IMG/VR virus record: IMGVR_UViG_3300027806_000035
Coordinates: 22,447 to 86,446 of that record
Direction: 5' to 3' (one strand)
From: a virus
Length of the DNA stretch: 64,000 nt
Shown: positions 45,573 through 54,089 of the stretch, piece by piece
Layout: every line of letters begins with the position of its first letter
Position numbering within the stretch: the stretch's first letter is position 1
Position numbers and translations under genes: made by a program
The notes under the pieces: model-generated
What the model saw: the letters and a program-made list of their open reading frames with translations, nothing else
Told to the model about the DNA's origin: nothing
Database searches by the model: none

Positions 45573-45720
45573 GGTGTTCAGCGGGAGTTACCGTATTCTA
45601 GTTTGAAGCACAAGACCCCAGGCTGTAAGCCCGAGGCCTTCAACGAAGTTGCAATAGCGTGTCGTTAGCCCCCGCCGAGACAATGCTATTGGTGCCGTTG
45701 CACCCTAGCAGCGATTGGAC

Positions 45721-47601
45721 TCACCTCCAACGACCGCCATGGCCCGTCCTCATTCCCGCCCGCTGGAACACCTGCCAAATCAGATAGCGAAGCGCGTCAC
45801 CAGCATGTGAGTAATCGGTTGCGCCACCCTTACTCGGCTTCAACGTTTTACTGTCATACGACCAGCGCTCAGCGGAGCTGATTGTATTGTGGCAGGTTGT
45901 TGGATTCAAGAGCACCAACCCACGGTGCATGTGAACGTTTGCATGGGCCAGTGTTTCAGCGATCGGTGGGTTGCGGCGTTCCGCAATGACTTGCACACCA
46001 GCTGCCCTGAGGATTTCGTGATCGCTCTGGGTTGAAGATGTGGAATCATGTGAGCCGCTGGCATCCGGGTAGCAAGTGATCAGACCAGAGGAAAGATGAT
46101 GCGGATACTTTTCGCGAAGATGGGCGACAAGCGCAAACGTATCGGCAACCTTGGACTCAGCAAAGCAGTGAAGCTGCTGACCAGCAGGTCCGGCCTTAAT
46201 CACTCCGTACACCGCATGACACTGACCAACGTTGAAGTCAGCGCCAAATACGATTCGCTCATTACGTTCTGGCACAAAGATGCCAGTTGTATGCTTGGCC
46301 CTGTCAAACTCGTAGAAGACGGTCGCTGACTCAAGGTTGACAAACTCACCGTTGAGATACGCCTTGATAAGCTGTGGATGGTATTTTGTTTTGAGGTCTT
46401 CAACGAAGCCTGGATCAAGATAGGGATTGTCTTCTGACTTTCCACGATACAACTTCTTGTTGTCAGCTTTTTGCTCCTCAAAGAAGGTGTACATCCAGCC
46501 GTAGCCTTCTGGCGTGGATGCTGCAACGATCTGCGGACAGTTGCCAACACGAACACGGCCTTGCAGCTTGATCATTGCCTTTTCGGCGACTTCAGCCCTT
46601 GTCGTATCGGTTTCGTCAGTTGCGATACTTGCAGCGTTGACGCCAATGAGACGCTCGTAGTTCTCCATTGAACGGAGAAGTACAGGGGTTTCGCCGCCCG
46701 GAAGCAGAAGCTTAAAACTTGGCCGTGGCGATGCCTTAAAGGTATGTGGAATTGCGTATTTATCCAGTACCTCGTTCCACTTTGGTAGCGCAACGTCATC
46801 AATCAGTGGAATGGTTGGCTCAAGGAAGAGATGTGTAAAGCCCTGGGAGCGGAAGCAGAGCAATAACTGCTTCATTACAAGGCTGTACGTCTTGCCTGAG
46901 TTGTGGTTTAGGATGCCGTGAGCTTCGTAGTGATTCCAGAGCGGAACATGAAGATCGTAGAAATCATCATCCCTCACATACTCAATGGCGGCAATATTCG
47001 ACCATCCATATTCGCGACTTGACAAGAAGGCATCCGTGTCACCTTGGATGCCAAGCTCCCTAATTCTATTACCAACAAAGATTGCCCATGGGCTCGGCAT
47101 ATTGAGCCGCTCTTCTGCGCCATTTCTGCGAACAGCAATTGGAGTCTCCTTGTAAATATCTCCGAGCTTACGCCACCCAAGCAGTGTTAAAAACTTGTGC
47201 TCTTTGGTAACAATAATGCTGCATCCATTTGCAGTCGTTACCCTGAAAAGTGAAGCAACGCCTTTCCTGTAAGCGGGCGAAGCTTCAGCTGTGCCGCCAA
47301 TAGTTTGAACTTGAATTGTCGCCTCCGTCAGTTCTTTAATGGGTGTGCCGTTGATGAGTGTTTCACCAGCGACGCACCCGTAGCCCCCACAGAACCCGAC
47401 GTACTTATGCTGAAAGTCCTGGACGAACGCTCTTTGATATGGTAGCAGGTCTTCGAGTATCTTGATTTCAGCCGCTTCTGTGTCGAAGCTGGAGTTCGCA
47501 CGCTTTCTCAGTTTCGTCAGGATCTCCGTGCTGTGCAGCAAGCCGAGGGATCGAGCCGCTGCGCGATCGGCGTAGGCATTGGCCTTGGTCCTGGCGGGCA
47601 T
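45721..47601 (-). CDS. terL: Terminase large subunit containing a mini-intein
   Basis: Walker A GGYG|SGKT split by the intein; Walker B IATDE; ASTPEG; nuclease FGADFN and HAGDALRY. Confidence 0.93.
   Translation of the reverse strand: MPARTKANAYADRAAARSLGLLHSTEILTKLRKRANSSFDTEAAEIKILEDLLPYQRAFVQDFQHKYVGFCGGYGCVAGETLINGTPIKELTEATIQVQTIGGTAEASPAYRKGVASLFRVTTANGCSIIVTKEHKFLTLLGWRKLGDIYKETPIAVRRNGAEERLNMPSPWAIFVGNRIRELGIQGDTDAFLSSREYGWSNIAAIEYVRDDDFYDLHVPLWNHYEAHGILNHNSGKTYSLVMKQLLLCFRSQGFTHLFLEPTIPLIDDVALPKWNEVLDKYAIPHTFKASPRPSFKLLLPGGETPVLLRSMENYERLIGVNAASIATDETDTTRAEVAEKAMIKLQGRVRVGNCPQIVAASTPEGYGWMYTFFEEQKADNKKLYRGKSEDNPYLDPGFVEDLKTKYHPQLIKAYLNGEFVNLESATVFYEFDRAKHTTGIFVPERNERIVFGADFNVGQCHAVYGVIKAGPAGQQLHCFAESKVADTFALVAHLREKYPHHLSSGLITCYPDASGSHDSTSSTQSDHEILRAAGVQVIAERRNPPIAETLAHANVHMHRGLVLLNPTTCHNTISSAERWSYDSKTLKPSKGGATDYSHAGDALRYLIWQVFQRAGMRTGHGGRWR
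46900..47376 (-). mobile_element. Mini-intein (159 aa, no homing endonuclease) in the terL P-loop
   Basis: Starts CVAGETLI; block B IVTKEHKFLT; block F FYDLHV; ends HN followed by Ser. Confidence 0.92.
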
Positions 47602-47632
47602 TCAAGATCTGGTGAGTACCAGATTTTAGCAA

Positions 47633-47667
47633 CAAAAAACCCGAGACTGTTGACGCAGCGCTCGGGC
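47633..47667 (-). terminator. Probable terminator between the HNH gene and terL
   Basis: CCCGAG...CTCGGG stem followed by TTTTTT. Confidence 0.55.
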
Positions 47668-47749
47668 TATCGAAAGGTGGTCAGCGGCCCCGGAGTTTGC
47701 GGCTCGCGGGGCCAAGCAAGTTTACAGCATGGCATCAAAAGCGATCCCG

Positions 47750-48352
47750 CTAACCCAGAAGCCTGAATTTATCTATGAGTGGGCGCTTGGCGAGTTTCTC
47801 CAGCCCTTCGCTAGAAAGTGCCAATAGAGCATAGGCAGCAACAGCAGCAAGCTCTTCGGGGGTTCCATTGCCTTTGAGTGTATTTGCCTTCCTACTTATT
47901 ACGCAGATGTTGCCCTTGATATATCCCTTGCAATTGTCAATTCTATCAAGAGTCGGCGCATTCCAGTTGTTAGATCCGCCGGCCGAACCCCCACCAACAT
48001 CCTGAAAAAGGGGAATACCAAGAACGGGGCATACACTTGGAATCTCAAAATCATCCGTAGCAATAGAGAAGTCAATTCCAAATCTTTTCGCTCTACCTTT
48101 TGCGGCCTGAAAAAGCTTATCCTTTGGGGATCTTTTGATGTAGTACGCTATGCCGCACTCTTTGCAGCACGAATGCCGCTTCCTCCCGTAAAGATCAAGT
48201 CTGCCACTGTTAATTCTGTGTCCTTTCTGTCTGTAGGCGTAGAAAGACGTAACGGGCTTAAGGGTTTTGCAGCTTGAGCACGGCATCAAAAGTGGGCAGG
48301 GTGTATCAATTTTTGTCTCCCAGCAAGGGGGAAATGGGTAGACTCTGTGCAT
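47750..48352 (-). CDS. Free-standing HNH (His-Me finger) endonuclease with N-terminal Zn ribbon
   Basis: CSSCK...CKEC; PSVCPVLGIPL...PTLDRIDNCKGYIKGNICVISRKANTLK; AT-richer than the flanks; start chosen at MHRVYP. Confidence 0.85.
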   Translation of the reverse strand: MHRVYPFPPCWETKIDTPCPLLMPCSSCKTLKPVTSFYAYRQKGHRINSGRLDLYGRKRHSCCKECGIAYYIKRSPKDKLFQAAKGRAKRFGIDFSIATDDFEIPSVCPVLGIPLFQDVGGGSAGGSNNWNAPTLDRIDNCKGYIKGNICVISRKANTLKGNGTPEELAAVAAYALLALSSEGLEKLAKRPLIDKFRLLG

Positions 48353-48453
48353 CGGTCCAGGTGTGTGGATCGGTCTGGGGCGGGCGCTACCAACACACCG
48401 TCCCGTCCAAGTATATTCAACCGCCGTTGACAAGACCGTGACTAATCCAGCGG

Positions 48454-48546
48454 TCAGACCGATGCCGCCTTGATCACCAGCCTGGCGCCGGTTGGCTTCT
48501 TGATGATCAATGTCGCGCCGGTTGGCTTCTTCAGTTTCAGTGTCAT
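48454..48546 (-). CDS. Possible 30-aa peptide with a tandem KKPTGA repeat
   Basis: MTLKLKKPTGATLIIKKPTGARLVIKAASV*. Confidence 0.4.
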   Translation of the reverse strand: MTLKLKKPTGATLIIKKPTGARLVIKAASV

Positions 48547-48573
48547 CACCGCACCTGCTGTAGTGTCGTCGTC

Positions 48574-48678
48574 TTAGGCCACGGTCCACGCCTCATCCAC
48601 GTCCGGCGTGCTCGGGTCGTCGCCGATGAAGCAGCCTTGTTCATCGCGGGCTCTCTCTCGGCAGAGACAGCCCGCCAT
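48574..48678 (-). CDS. 34-aa peptide with an RARD..G.FIGDDPSTPDVDEAW motif
   Basis: MAGCLCRERARDEQGCFIGDDPSTPDVDEAWTVA*; start overlaps the upstream stop. Confidence 0.55.
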   Translation of the reverse strand: MAGCLCRERARDEQGCFIGDDPSTPDVDEAWTVA

Positions 48679-49076
48679 CACTCCCCCGGTTGTGCAAGCA
48701 CGGGACGGTCATAGGCCACCAGCTCGGTCACGCGCTCAGGGGCGATCAACCCGGCAGCGGCCAGGCTCTCCAGCGCAGGCTGCAGACGTGGATCGGTCAG
48801 CGGCACCCAGGCTTGAGCAGCAAGCTGTGTGATGTAGCCGGCCACGTCAGGGTTGCTCGGTGCAGCATTGACGATCGCGGCGTACTCATCAGGAGTGAAG
48901 CGCAGCACAAAGGCGGCGCCGGTGACGCGGGCGAGGCCGAACAGTTCGGCGTAGCTGTTGCCCTGGTTGGTCAGCGCCTCAGCAGCAATGGCCTCGGCGG
49001 TGGTGTTGTTGCGGTTGCCGGCTTCGATCAGGCCGTCAAGGGCGCTGTCGGGCAAGTTGATGGTCAGTGTGGCCAT
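48678..49076 (-). CDS. Fibre-associated/assembly protein
   Basis: FVLRFTPDEYAAI...LTDPRL...GLIAPERVTEL; follows a fibre gene. Confidence 0.65.
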   Translation of the reverse strand: MATLTINLPDSALDGLIEAGNRNNTTAEAIAAEALTNQGNSYAELFGLARVTGAAFVLRFTPDEYAAIVNAAPSNPDVAGYITQLAAQAWVPLTDPRLQPALESLAAAGLIAPERVTELVAYDRPVLAQPGE

Positions 49077-49081
49077 GGTGA

Positions 49082-51208
49082 TCAGGCGGAATGAGTGATT
49101 TGAACAAGGTCCAGCTTGCAGACCCAGTTGCAGGTGATGTTGGCGGTTACCGTGCCAGTGGCCGGCGAAGCAGATGGTGTAGAGCCTGCGGTATAGGTGA
49201 AAGTTGTATCACCTGTTTTTGTGATCGTGAACGTGCCGTTGTACGCCGTCTCAGCAGCTCCGGCAATGGTCACATAGTCACCAGTCAGCAGGCCATGGTT
49301 GGCGCTCATGGTGACGGTGCATGTGGTGCCGCTAGATGTGACGCTGCTAACAGTTCCGCCGACCTTGGCAGTACCTTCCACCTTGAGGCTTTCGTTGGTG
49401 TCGTCTGCCGTGATGGTCACGGTCGCGCCAAAGTCGGCATTTGACTTGATGTCCGTGCCGAGTGTTTTGACGGTATCAACAAGCGTTGTGTTGTTGCTGC
49501 CGTCACGTTTGATCATCACTTGTCGCTGGAAATGAGCATTAGAAATGCCATTACGGGTGCGGGCAAGAATGGTGGCCGTACCGGCCCATGTGGTATTGGC
49601 TGGAATAACTTGCCTGTAACCGCTAAATCCTTCTCCGAATAGCTCAGTTGCGCTACTAGTTGTGGTCTGGGCCGCCATGCCCATGACTGTCCATTGCGCC
49701 CCGTAGTTCCTAAAGCCATAAGCAAACTGGCCAATGTTTGGCGTAACAGCTCCCCAGTTAAATGCAATACTGCGAATACCTGTGGCGCTTGCGCTAGAAC
49801 CTAGCGCCACTGCGTTCGTATTTGACGCGTTTCCGCCAGCCGCACCAAAAGAATCCTGGCCGCTAGCATTTCCAAATGCAAGCGCTACAGACCTGGATCC
49901 GCTTGCCTCCCCGCCGCTTGTTGCAAAGCTGTCATTGCCAGAAGCAATAGAATTATGAAAAACAACCGAGCGAATTCCCATGGCCCTGCCTTCCGTGCAG
50001 GCCGCTTGAAATGAATTGTTACCGCTGGCTACGTTGACGGCATTGGTTCTGCCAGTGCTGAGGTCAACAGCATTGGCGCCCCTGGCATTGCCACCCGTGG
50101 CAGTGCCATCAGGATTCTGCAGGGCAATAAAGTTATGCCCAACAACAAACCGGCTTGCGCCATTGAGCTGCAGGTCCAGCAGGCGTCCGGTCCAGCCGCT
50201 CGGCGCATTGACACCCAGCCCCGTCCCGCCGGTGCTCCAGTTGGTTGACGTGGTGCCCGCTGGCTCGATCAGGAAGTGCGGCTTGGTGGTCGTTGCCGTT
50301 CCACCCGTGAACCACGTACCCGTGAACTGCTTGGCAGGAGCCGATGCAAGCGACGTATAGCTATTGGTCAGCCGACCGCTCAGTGTCAGGTTCCCGCTAA
50401 CATCAACATTCAGTGTGCTCAGGCCTGCATACGCACCATTCAGGTTGTAGGCAACATTGCCACTGCTGCCAGCAACCAGGCCAACAGTTCCCGTAGCGTT
50501 GGGTAGACTGATCGTACGATTGTCGGTTGGCGTGATCGTCTGCAGTGTGGTAGTAAACGAACCCCCATCATCAAGGTTAATGTCGCCGGGAATGCCAAGA
50601 TTGCCGCTTGCATCAATATCGAAACCAGTTACCGTCCCAAGATTTCCAGCATTGTTGACCTGAATCTGTCCGCCGCTCCCAGCAGCATCATCCATTTGGC
50701 TGCCGATCTTGATCAGCAGTGTTCCAGTGCTGGAATGAACGCGACCGACAATGGCAATAGCTTGCACGTAGCCAGTTACCGGCTTGGTAGCAGTCAGACC
50801 ACCGCCAGCAGCAACATAAAGCTCGTCGTTAATCTGGTATGAGCCAGTATTGACTCCGGTGATTTCACCGAACATCACGGCATGGCCGGAAGCGTTGTGA
50901 ATTAGCTGTTCGTTAAGAACGCCAATCGCCGGAGACTTTGCGGGATCCGCGGAGTCCGCCGCAGCAACCTCAAGAGTCGTCGTATCGCCAACAGCACCAA
51001 CTGCATAGACAGGCGTGCCTTTTGCAAGCGTTGTATTACTTGTATTTTTTACGTGAATGTAAAGACTTCCGGCAACATTGCCGTGAATATGCGCCGCAGT
51101 CAGCAGCGTGTTGACAGTAAGATTATTGACTGTCAGCGGATCTGGAACAGAGGCCGCAGCACCGGTAACATCAAAGTTCCCGGTAAACGGGTTGAAGGCG
51201 TATCCCAT
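49082..51208 (-). CDS. Second fibre/adhesin protein with YadA-head-like repeats
   Basis: Shares the KNT..TLAKGTP.Y module with 6706-9189; ASG..S.A repeats; C-terminal HGLLTGDYVTIAGA..YNGTFTIT domain. Confidence 0.75.
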   Translation of the reverse strand: MGYAFNPFTGNFDVTGAAASVPDPLTVNNLTVNTLLTAAHIHGNVAGSLYIHVKNTSNTTLAKGTPVYAVGAVGDTTTLEVAAADSADPAKSPAIGVLNEQLIHNASGHAVMFGEITGVNTGSYQINDELYVAAGGGLTATKPVTGYVQAIAIVGRVHSSTGTLLIKIGSQMDDAAGSGGQIQVNNAGNLGTVTGFDIDASGNLGIPGDINLDDGGSFTTTLQTITPTDNRTISLPNATGTVGLVAGSSGNVAYNLNGAYAGLSTLNVDVSGNLTLSGRLTNSYTSLASAPAKQFTGTWFTGGTATTTKPHFLIEPAGTTSTNWSTGGTGLGVNAPSGWTGRLLDLQLNGASRFVVGHNFIALQNPDGTATGGNARGANAVDLSTGRTNAVNVASGNNSFQAACTEGRAMGIRSVVFHNSIASGNDSFATSGGEASGSRSVALAFGNASGQDSFGAAGGNASNTNAVALGSSASATGIRSIAFNWGAVTPNIGQFAYGFRNYGAQWTVMGMAAQTTTSSATELFGEGFSGYRQVIPANTTWAGTATILARTRNGISNAHFQRQVMIKRDGSNNTTLVDTVKTLGTDIKSNADFGATVTITADDTNESLKVEGTAKVGGTVSSVTSSGTTCTVTMSANHGLLTGDYVTIAGAAETAYNGTFTITKTGDTTFTYTAGSTPSASPATGTVTANITCNWVCKLDLVQITHSA

Positions 51209-51211
51209 GGC

Positions 51212-51541
51212 TCAGCTCTTGGCGACGGAGATCAGATTGTTGCCACCGTCGTATGTGAGCGTCAACGTTGCAACAGTCGTCCCACCAGATCCACCGGTCT
51301 TGTAGACAACTCCTGTCAGGTTGCTTCCCGTGTAGCTCAGGCTGATGTAATCGTGCTCCGGGATTTCAAGACCAGTGACAACGGGAACCGGATTGCCGGA
51401 GTCATTTTTGATTTCAACGCCATCAGCCGTAACAGAAAGCGTTGCACTGCCAATATCAACCTTCAGTGCGCCATCCGTGTTGACAGTTGCGGGCCTGTCC
51501 TTGCCATCTGGCCCCCTGCCGATCAGAAAAGCGCCAGACAT
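51212..51541 (-). CDS. Small virion structural protein
   Basis: GLEIPEHDYISLSYTGSNLTGVVYKTGGSGG..VATLTLTYD. Confidence 0.65.
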   Translation of the reverse strand: MSGAFLIGRGPDGKDRPATVNTDGALKVDIGSATLSVTADGVEIKNDSGNPVPVVTGLEIPEHDYISLSYTGSNLTGVVYKTGGSGGTTVATLTLTYDGGNNLISVAKS

Positions 51542-51613
51542 GATCGACCACTACCACCTACTGCCAATCGTAGCGAGGGGTTTCAGTCGATCTCTTGCAG
51601 CCCCGGAAGCCGC

Positions 51614-52189
51614 TCAGGGCGCCTGGTTGTCGCTCGGGGATCCGAGGTCGCCGCCGGCACCAAACAGCTGCCTGAGCCGCTGAAACCCACCAGCTGGACG
51701 CGACCAAGAGGGTGCTGGCCAGGTGAACCGGATGCCGTCGATCAGAAACCCGTCCCGCCCGGTGGTAATCGAACGAATCAACCGCGACAGAGCGCTATCT
51801 GTAAGGCGATTGCCAAAAAGAAGTGCAAGCTTAACTGCCTGATCAGAATCTTCAAGCTGAATTGATACGGGTGAGTTGAGGCCATTGCGCTGAAACGCAG
51901 CCCTCAATGTCTCAACAGCGGCTGCAACATCATTCACGCCAGACAGTTCTTCTCCGGTGCTCATTTTTACTGCTGTTTCAAGATTGACTCGTCTGATGCG
52001 GCCGGTCATAGGATCAATGACAACGACTTTTGCGTGAACGGGGATGTCACCAGCTTCAACCTCTTCAATGCCGTAGTTGATCGGAGAAAAGCAAACTGGA
52101 TTGTTGGCTACGCAGTTGACGTTTTCGTGCTCTTCGGCAAGCACGTAGAAAGTTTCCTGGGGAAACGGCTCGATGCGATGGAACTTCAT
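51614..52189 (-). CDS. Hypothetical protein
   Basis: 191-aa ORF, coupled to the upstream gene. Confidence 0.6.
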   Translation of the reverse strand: MKFHRIEPFPQETFYVLAEEHENVNCVANNPVCFSPINYGIEEVEAGDIPVHAKVVVIDPMTGRIRRVNLETAVKMSTGEELSGVNDVAAAVETLRAAFQRNGLNSPVSIQLEDSDQAVKLALLFGNRLTDSALSRLIRSITTGRDGFLIDGIRFTWPAPSWSRPAGGFQRLRQLFGAGGDLGSPSDNQAP

Positions 52190-52350
52190 TCTTGGTTAGC
52201 CTGCTTCACGCATGGCCGAATGGCGATAATGCGATGCTTGCCGCCAGAATTCTTATATCTCATTCGTGCATCGTATGCACATGGCGCCTCAACGCGAATG
52301 TCCATTGTACGCTGAGCATCAAGCTGCAGCGTCAGGAAGTATTCAATCAT
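52186..52350 (-). CDS. Hypothetical protein (54 aa)
   Basis: MIEYFLTLQLDAQRTMDIRVEAP...; ATGA overlaps at both ends. Confidence 0.55.
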   Translation of the reverse strand: MIEYFLTLQLDAQRTMDIRVEAPCAYDARMRYKNSGGKHRIIAIRPCVKQANQE

Positions 52351-52550
52351 TGGTCGGATGGGCTGGCGAATGGGAAGTCAATACCTTTTTGCCGCATGAT
52401 CCAGCTCGTAGCACATCGTTGAATCATCCAGGCCCTGGTAAGAGCTTTCAGCGTGTTCTTGAGCTTGTCCACGTCAGTCTCACGATCAATGGCTCGATTG
52501 ATCTTCTCAATCTCAAAGTGTTGAGAAGCTGAAAGCTCGATTTTTTCCAT
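52347..52550 (-). CDS. nblA: Phycobilisome degradation protein NblA-like
   Basis: 67 aa; ELSASQHFEIEKINRAID...LKNTLKALTRAWMIQR...IMRQ fits the NblA LS..QxF helix-loop-helix pattern. Confidence 0.72.
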   Translation of the reverse strand: MEKIELSASQHFEIEKINRAIDRETDVDKLKNTLKALTRAWMIQRCATSWIMRQKGIDFPFASPSDQ

Positions 52551-52918
52551 TAGTTCAAGCTCACTCTGTGGGAAAATGGGCTTCCACTGGGCCTGGTACG
52601 ATTAAGTTGCGCCGCCGCTTCTGCAAGATAAAGGCGGGTTTCGGCTTGCTTATGCTCCTCTTGCAGCATTCTGGTGATATAGCCGACGAAGTGGCTTACA
52701 AGCCAGCAAAGCGCTGCTGCCGCAAGTGCCGTGTTGCCGATAAAGATTCCAACAAATGCAAACGGAATGGCTGCGATTCCACTGAGAGACGCAAGGTTCG
52801 TCAGCACCCTCGCGGACTGCGCCTGCTCTCGCAGTTTCTCAAGGTCCTTTTTAACTTCCTGATCCAAGGCTGTATGGCGGGGACACCGACACTCTACCGC
52901 GCCCCCGACCAAATTCAA
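52550..52918 (-). CDS. Membrane protein
   Basis: Two hydrophobic segments. Confidence 0.6.
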   Translation of the reverse strand: MNLVGGAVECRCPRHTALDQEVKKDLEKLREQAQSARVLTNLASLSGIAAIPFAFVGIFIGNTALAAAALCWLVSHFVGYITRMLQEEHKQAETRLYLAEAAAQLNRTRPSGSPFSHRVSLN

Positions 52919-52925
52919 CTAAGTA

Positions 52926-53330
52926 TTAACGAATACCAGCTTTTGCCATGCCAAGCTCTGCCCACAGGTTGATGAACGCATCATCAATCCGATTCTTGTT
53001 CTGAATTGCCTTGCGGTCGATCTGACGCCCAAGGTTTTCAAAACGAGCGGCGGCCAGCAGCTGAAGCTCGTCTTCAACAACGATGTCAGTGTCCCTGAGG
53101 ATAACGGTGATCGGAAGCTTGAAGGTGGCCACTACTTTCATGCCACCGCCTGTTCCGATGAACTGACCGAATCGCCAGTCAGCCGGCCATTCGTTGGGCT
53201 TATCAAAATCAATAAAAACAAACGCATTGCCAGTTCTTGTATCAATGTCGATACAGTTCTTGATCTCATTGCCGTCGCCATCCAGCAATAGGATGGGAAT
53301 GGACGAAACTTCTTCAGCTTTCAAGTACAT
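52926..53330 (-). CDS. Hypothetical protein
   Basis: Coupled ORF in the operon. Confidence 0.6.
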   Translation of the reverse strand: MYLKAEEVSSIPILLLDGDGNEIKNCIDIDTRTGNAFVFIDFDKPNEWPADWRFGQFIGTGGGMKVVATFKLPITVILRDTDIVVEDELQLLAAARFENLGRQIDRKAIQNKNRIDDAFINLWAELGMAKAGIR

Positions 53331-53779
53331 TCGCTTGCCTTGACGTAGAGCGGCTCGTTAGTCTGCTCAAGTTTATACCATTCCGGGGCGAATGCAAATC
53401 TTGCCGAATTAGATGGCTCGGCTGGCATCGGCAGCTTAAGCGCCAACTCGGCTGCAACCAGTTGCTGTCTCAGATGCTTCACTTGCTTGCGCTTTCTTGC
53501 AAGGAAGGACTCCCATGCCTGTTCCTTTGTTGGCCATGCGTAACGCTTGCGGCCAGCGTCAAGAACAAACTTTTTCCGACCGTAACTGCGTTCGATCCAG
53601 GCCCCCTTTGGCGTTTTCTTGGTTTCGCGCCAAACTTCAAGATCGACGACACCATCCAGATAAGAGCCCTGGCACCAGTCCCCGAACTCATCGGTCCAGC
53701 CTGTGCCGTGAACTTTCAGAACGTACCTGTAATAGCATTTCTGCTTGTGGTGGGGCGGATCAACACTCGTCCATTCCAT
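53321..53779 (-). CDS. Hypothetical phage protein
   Basis: KKTPKGAWI...KFVL...RKRYAWPTKEQAWESF motif. Confidence 0.65.
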   Translation of the reverse strand: MEWTSVDPPHHKQKCYYRYVLKVHGTGWTDEFGDWCQGSYLDGVVDLEVWRETKKTPKGAWIERSYGRKKFVLDAGRKRYAWPTKEQAWESFLARKRKQVKHLRQQLVAAELALKLPMPAEPSNSARFAFAPEWYKLEQTNEPLYVKASECT

Positions 53780-53815
53780 AGGCGAAGTCCAAATTTGGAG
53801 GAAATTAGGAGTTGG

Positions 53816-54049
53816 TTAGGAGTTGGGCTGGCTCTGGGGGAGCTGGGCGGCGACCCGATCGAGCCAATCACCAGCCCTCGGCAGACCCTCCAGGCGAGCT
53901 GCAGTGGCCAAGGTGAGGGCAATGGTCGCAGCCTCGTTCCGGCACCGCTTGCAGGGGCCTGCACAGGTCAATCCTGTGCCATCGGGAGAGTCGGAATCGC
54001 CAGGGCACAAGCTCAGGGCCAAATCATCGAGCAACGGTCGATCTTGCAT
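53816..54049 (-). CDS. Hypothetical Cys-rich protein
   Basis: CPG...CAGPCKRC; start uncertain. Confidence 0.45.
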   Translation of the reverse strand: MQDRPLLDDLALSLCPGDSDSPDGTGLTCAGPCKRCRNEAATIALTLATAARLEGLPRAGDWLDRVAAQLPQSQPNS

Positions 54050-54089
54050 GGTTGGCTGGGTGCAATGTTGCAAGGGTTCTAGCGACGGC

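Noticed and set aside
48353-48589. N-terminal extension of the HNH ORF in the track
   Set aside because: It overlaps two better small ORFs and a promoter/hairpin leader, so the true start is probably 48352 or later.
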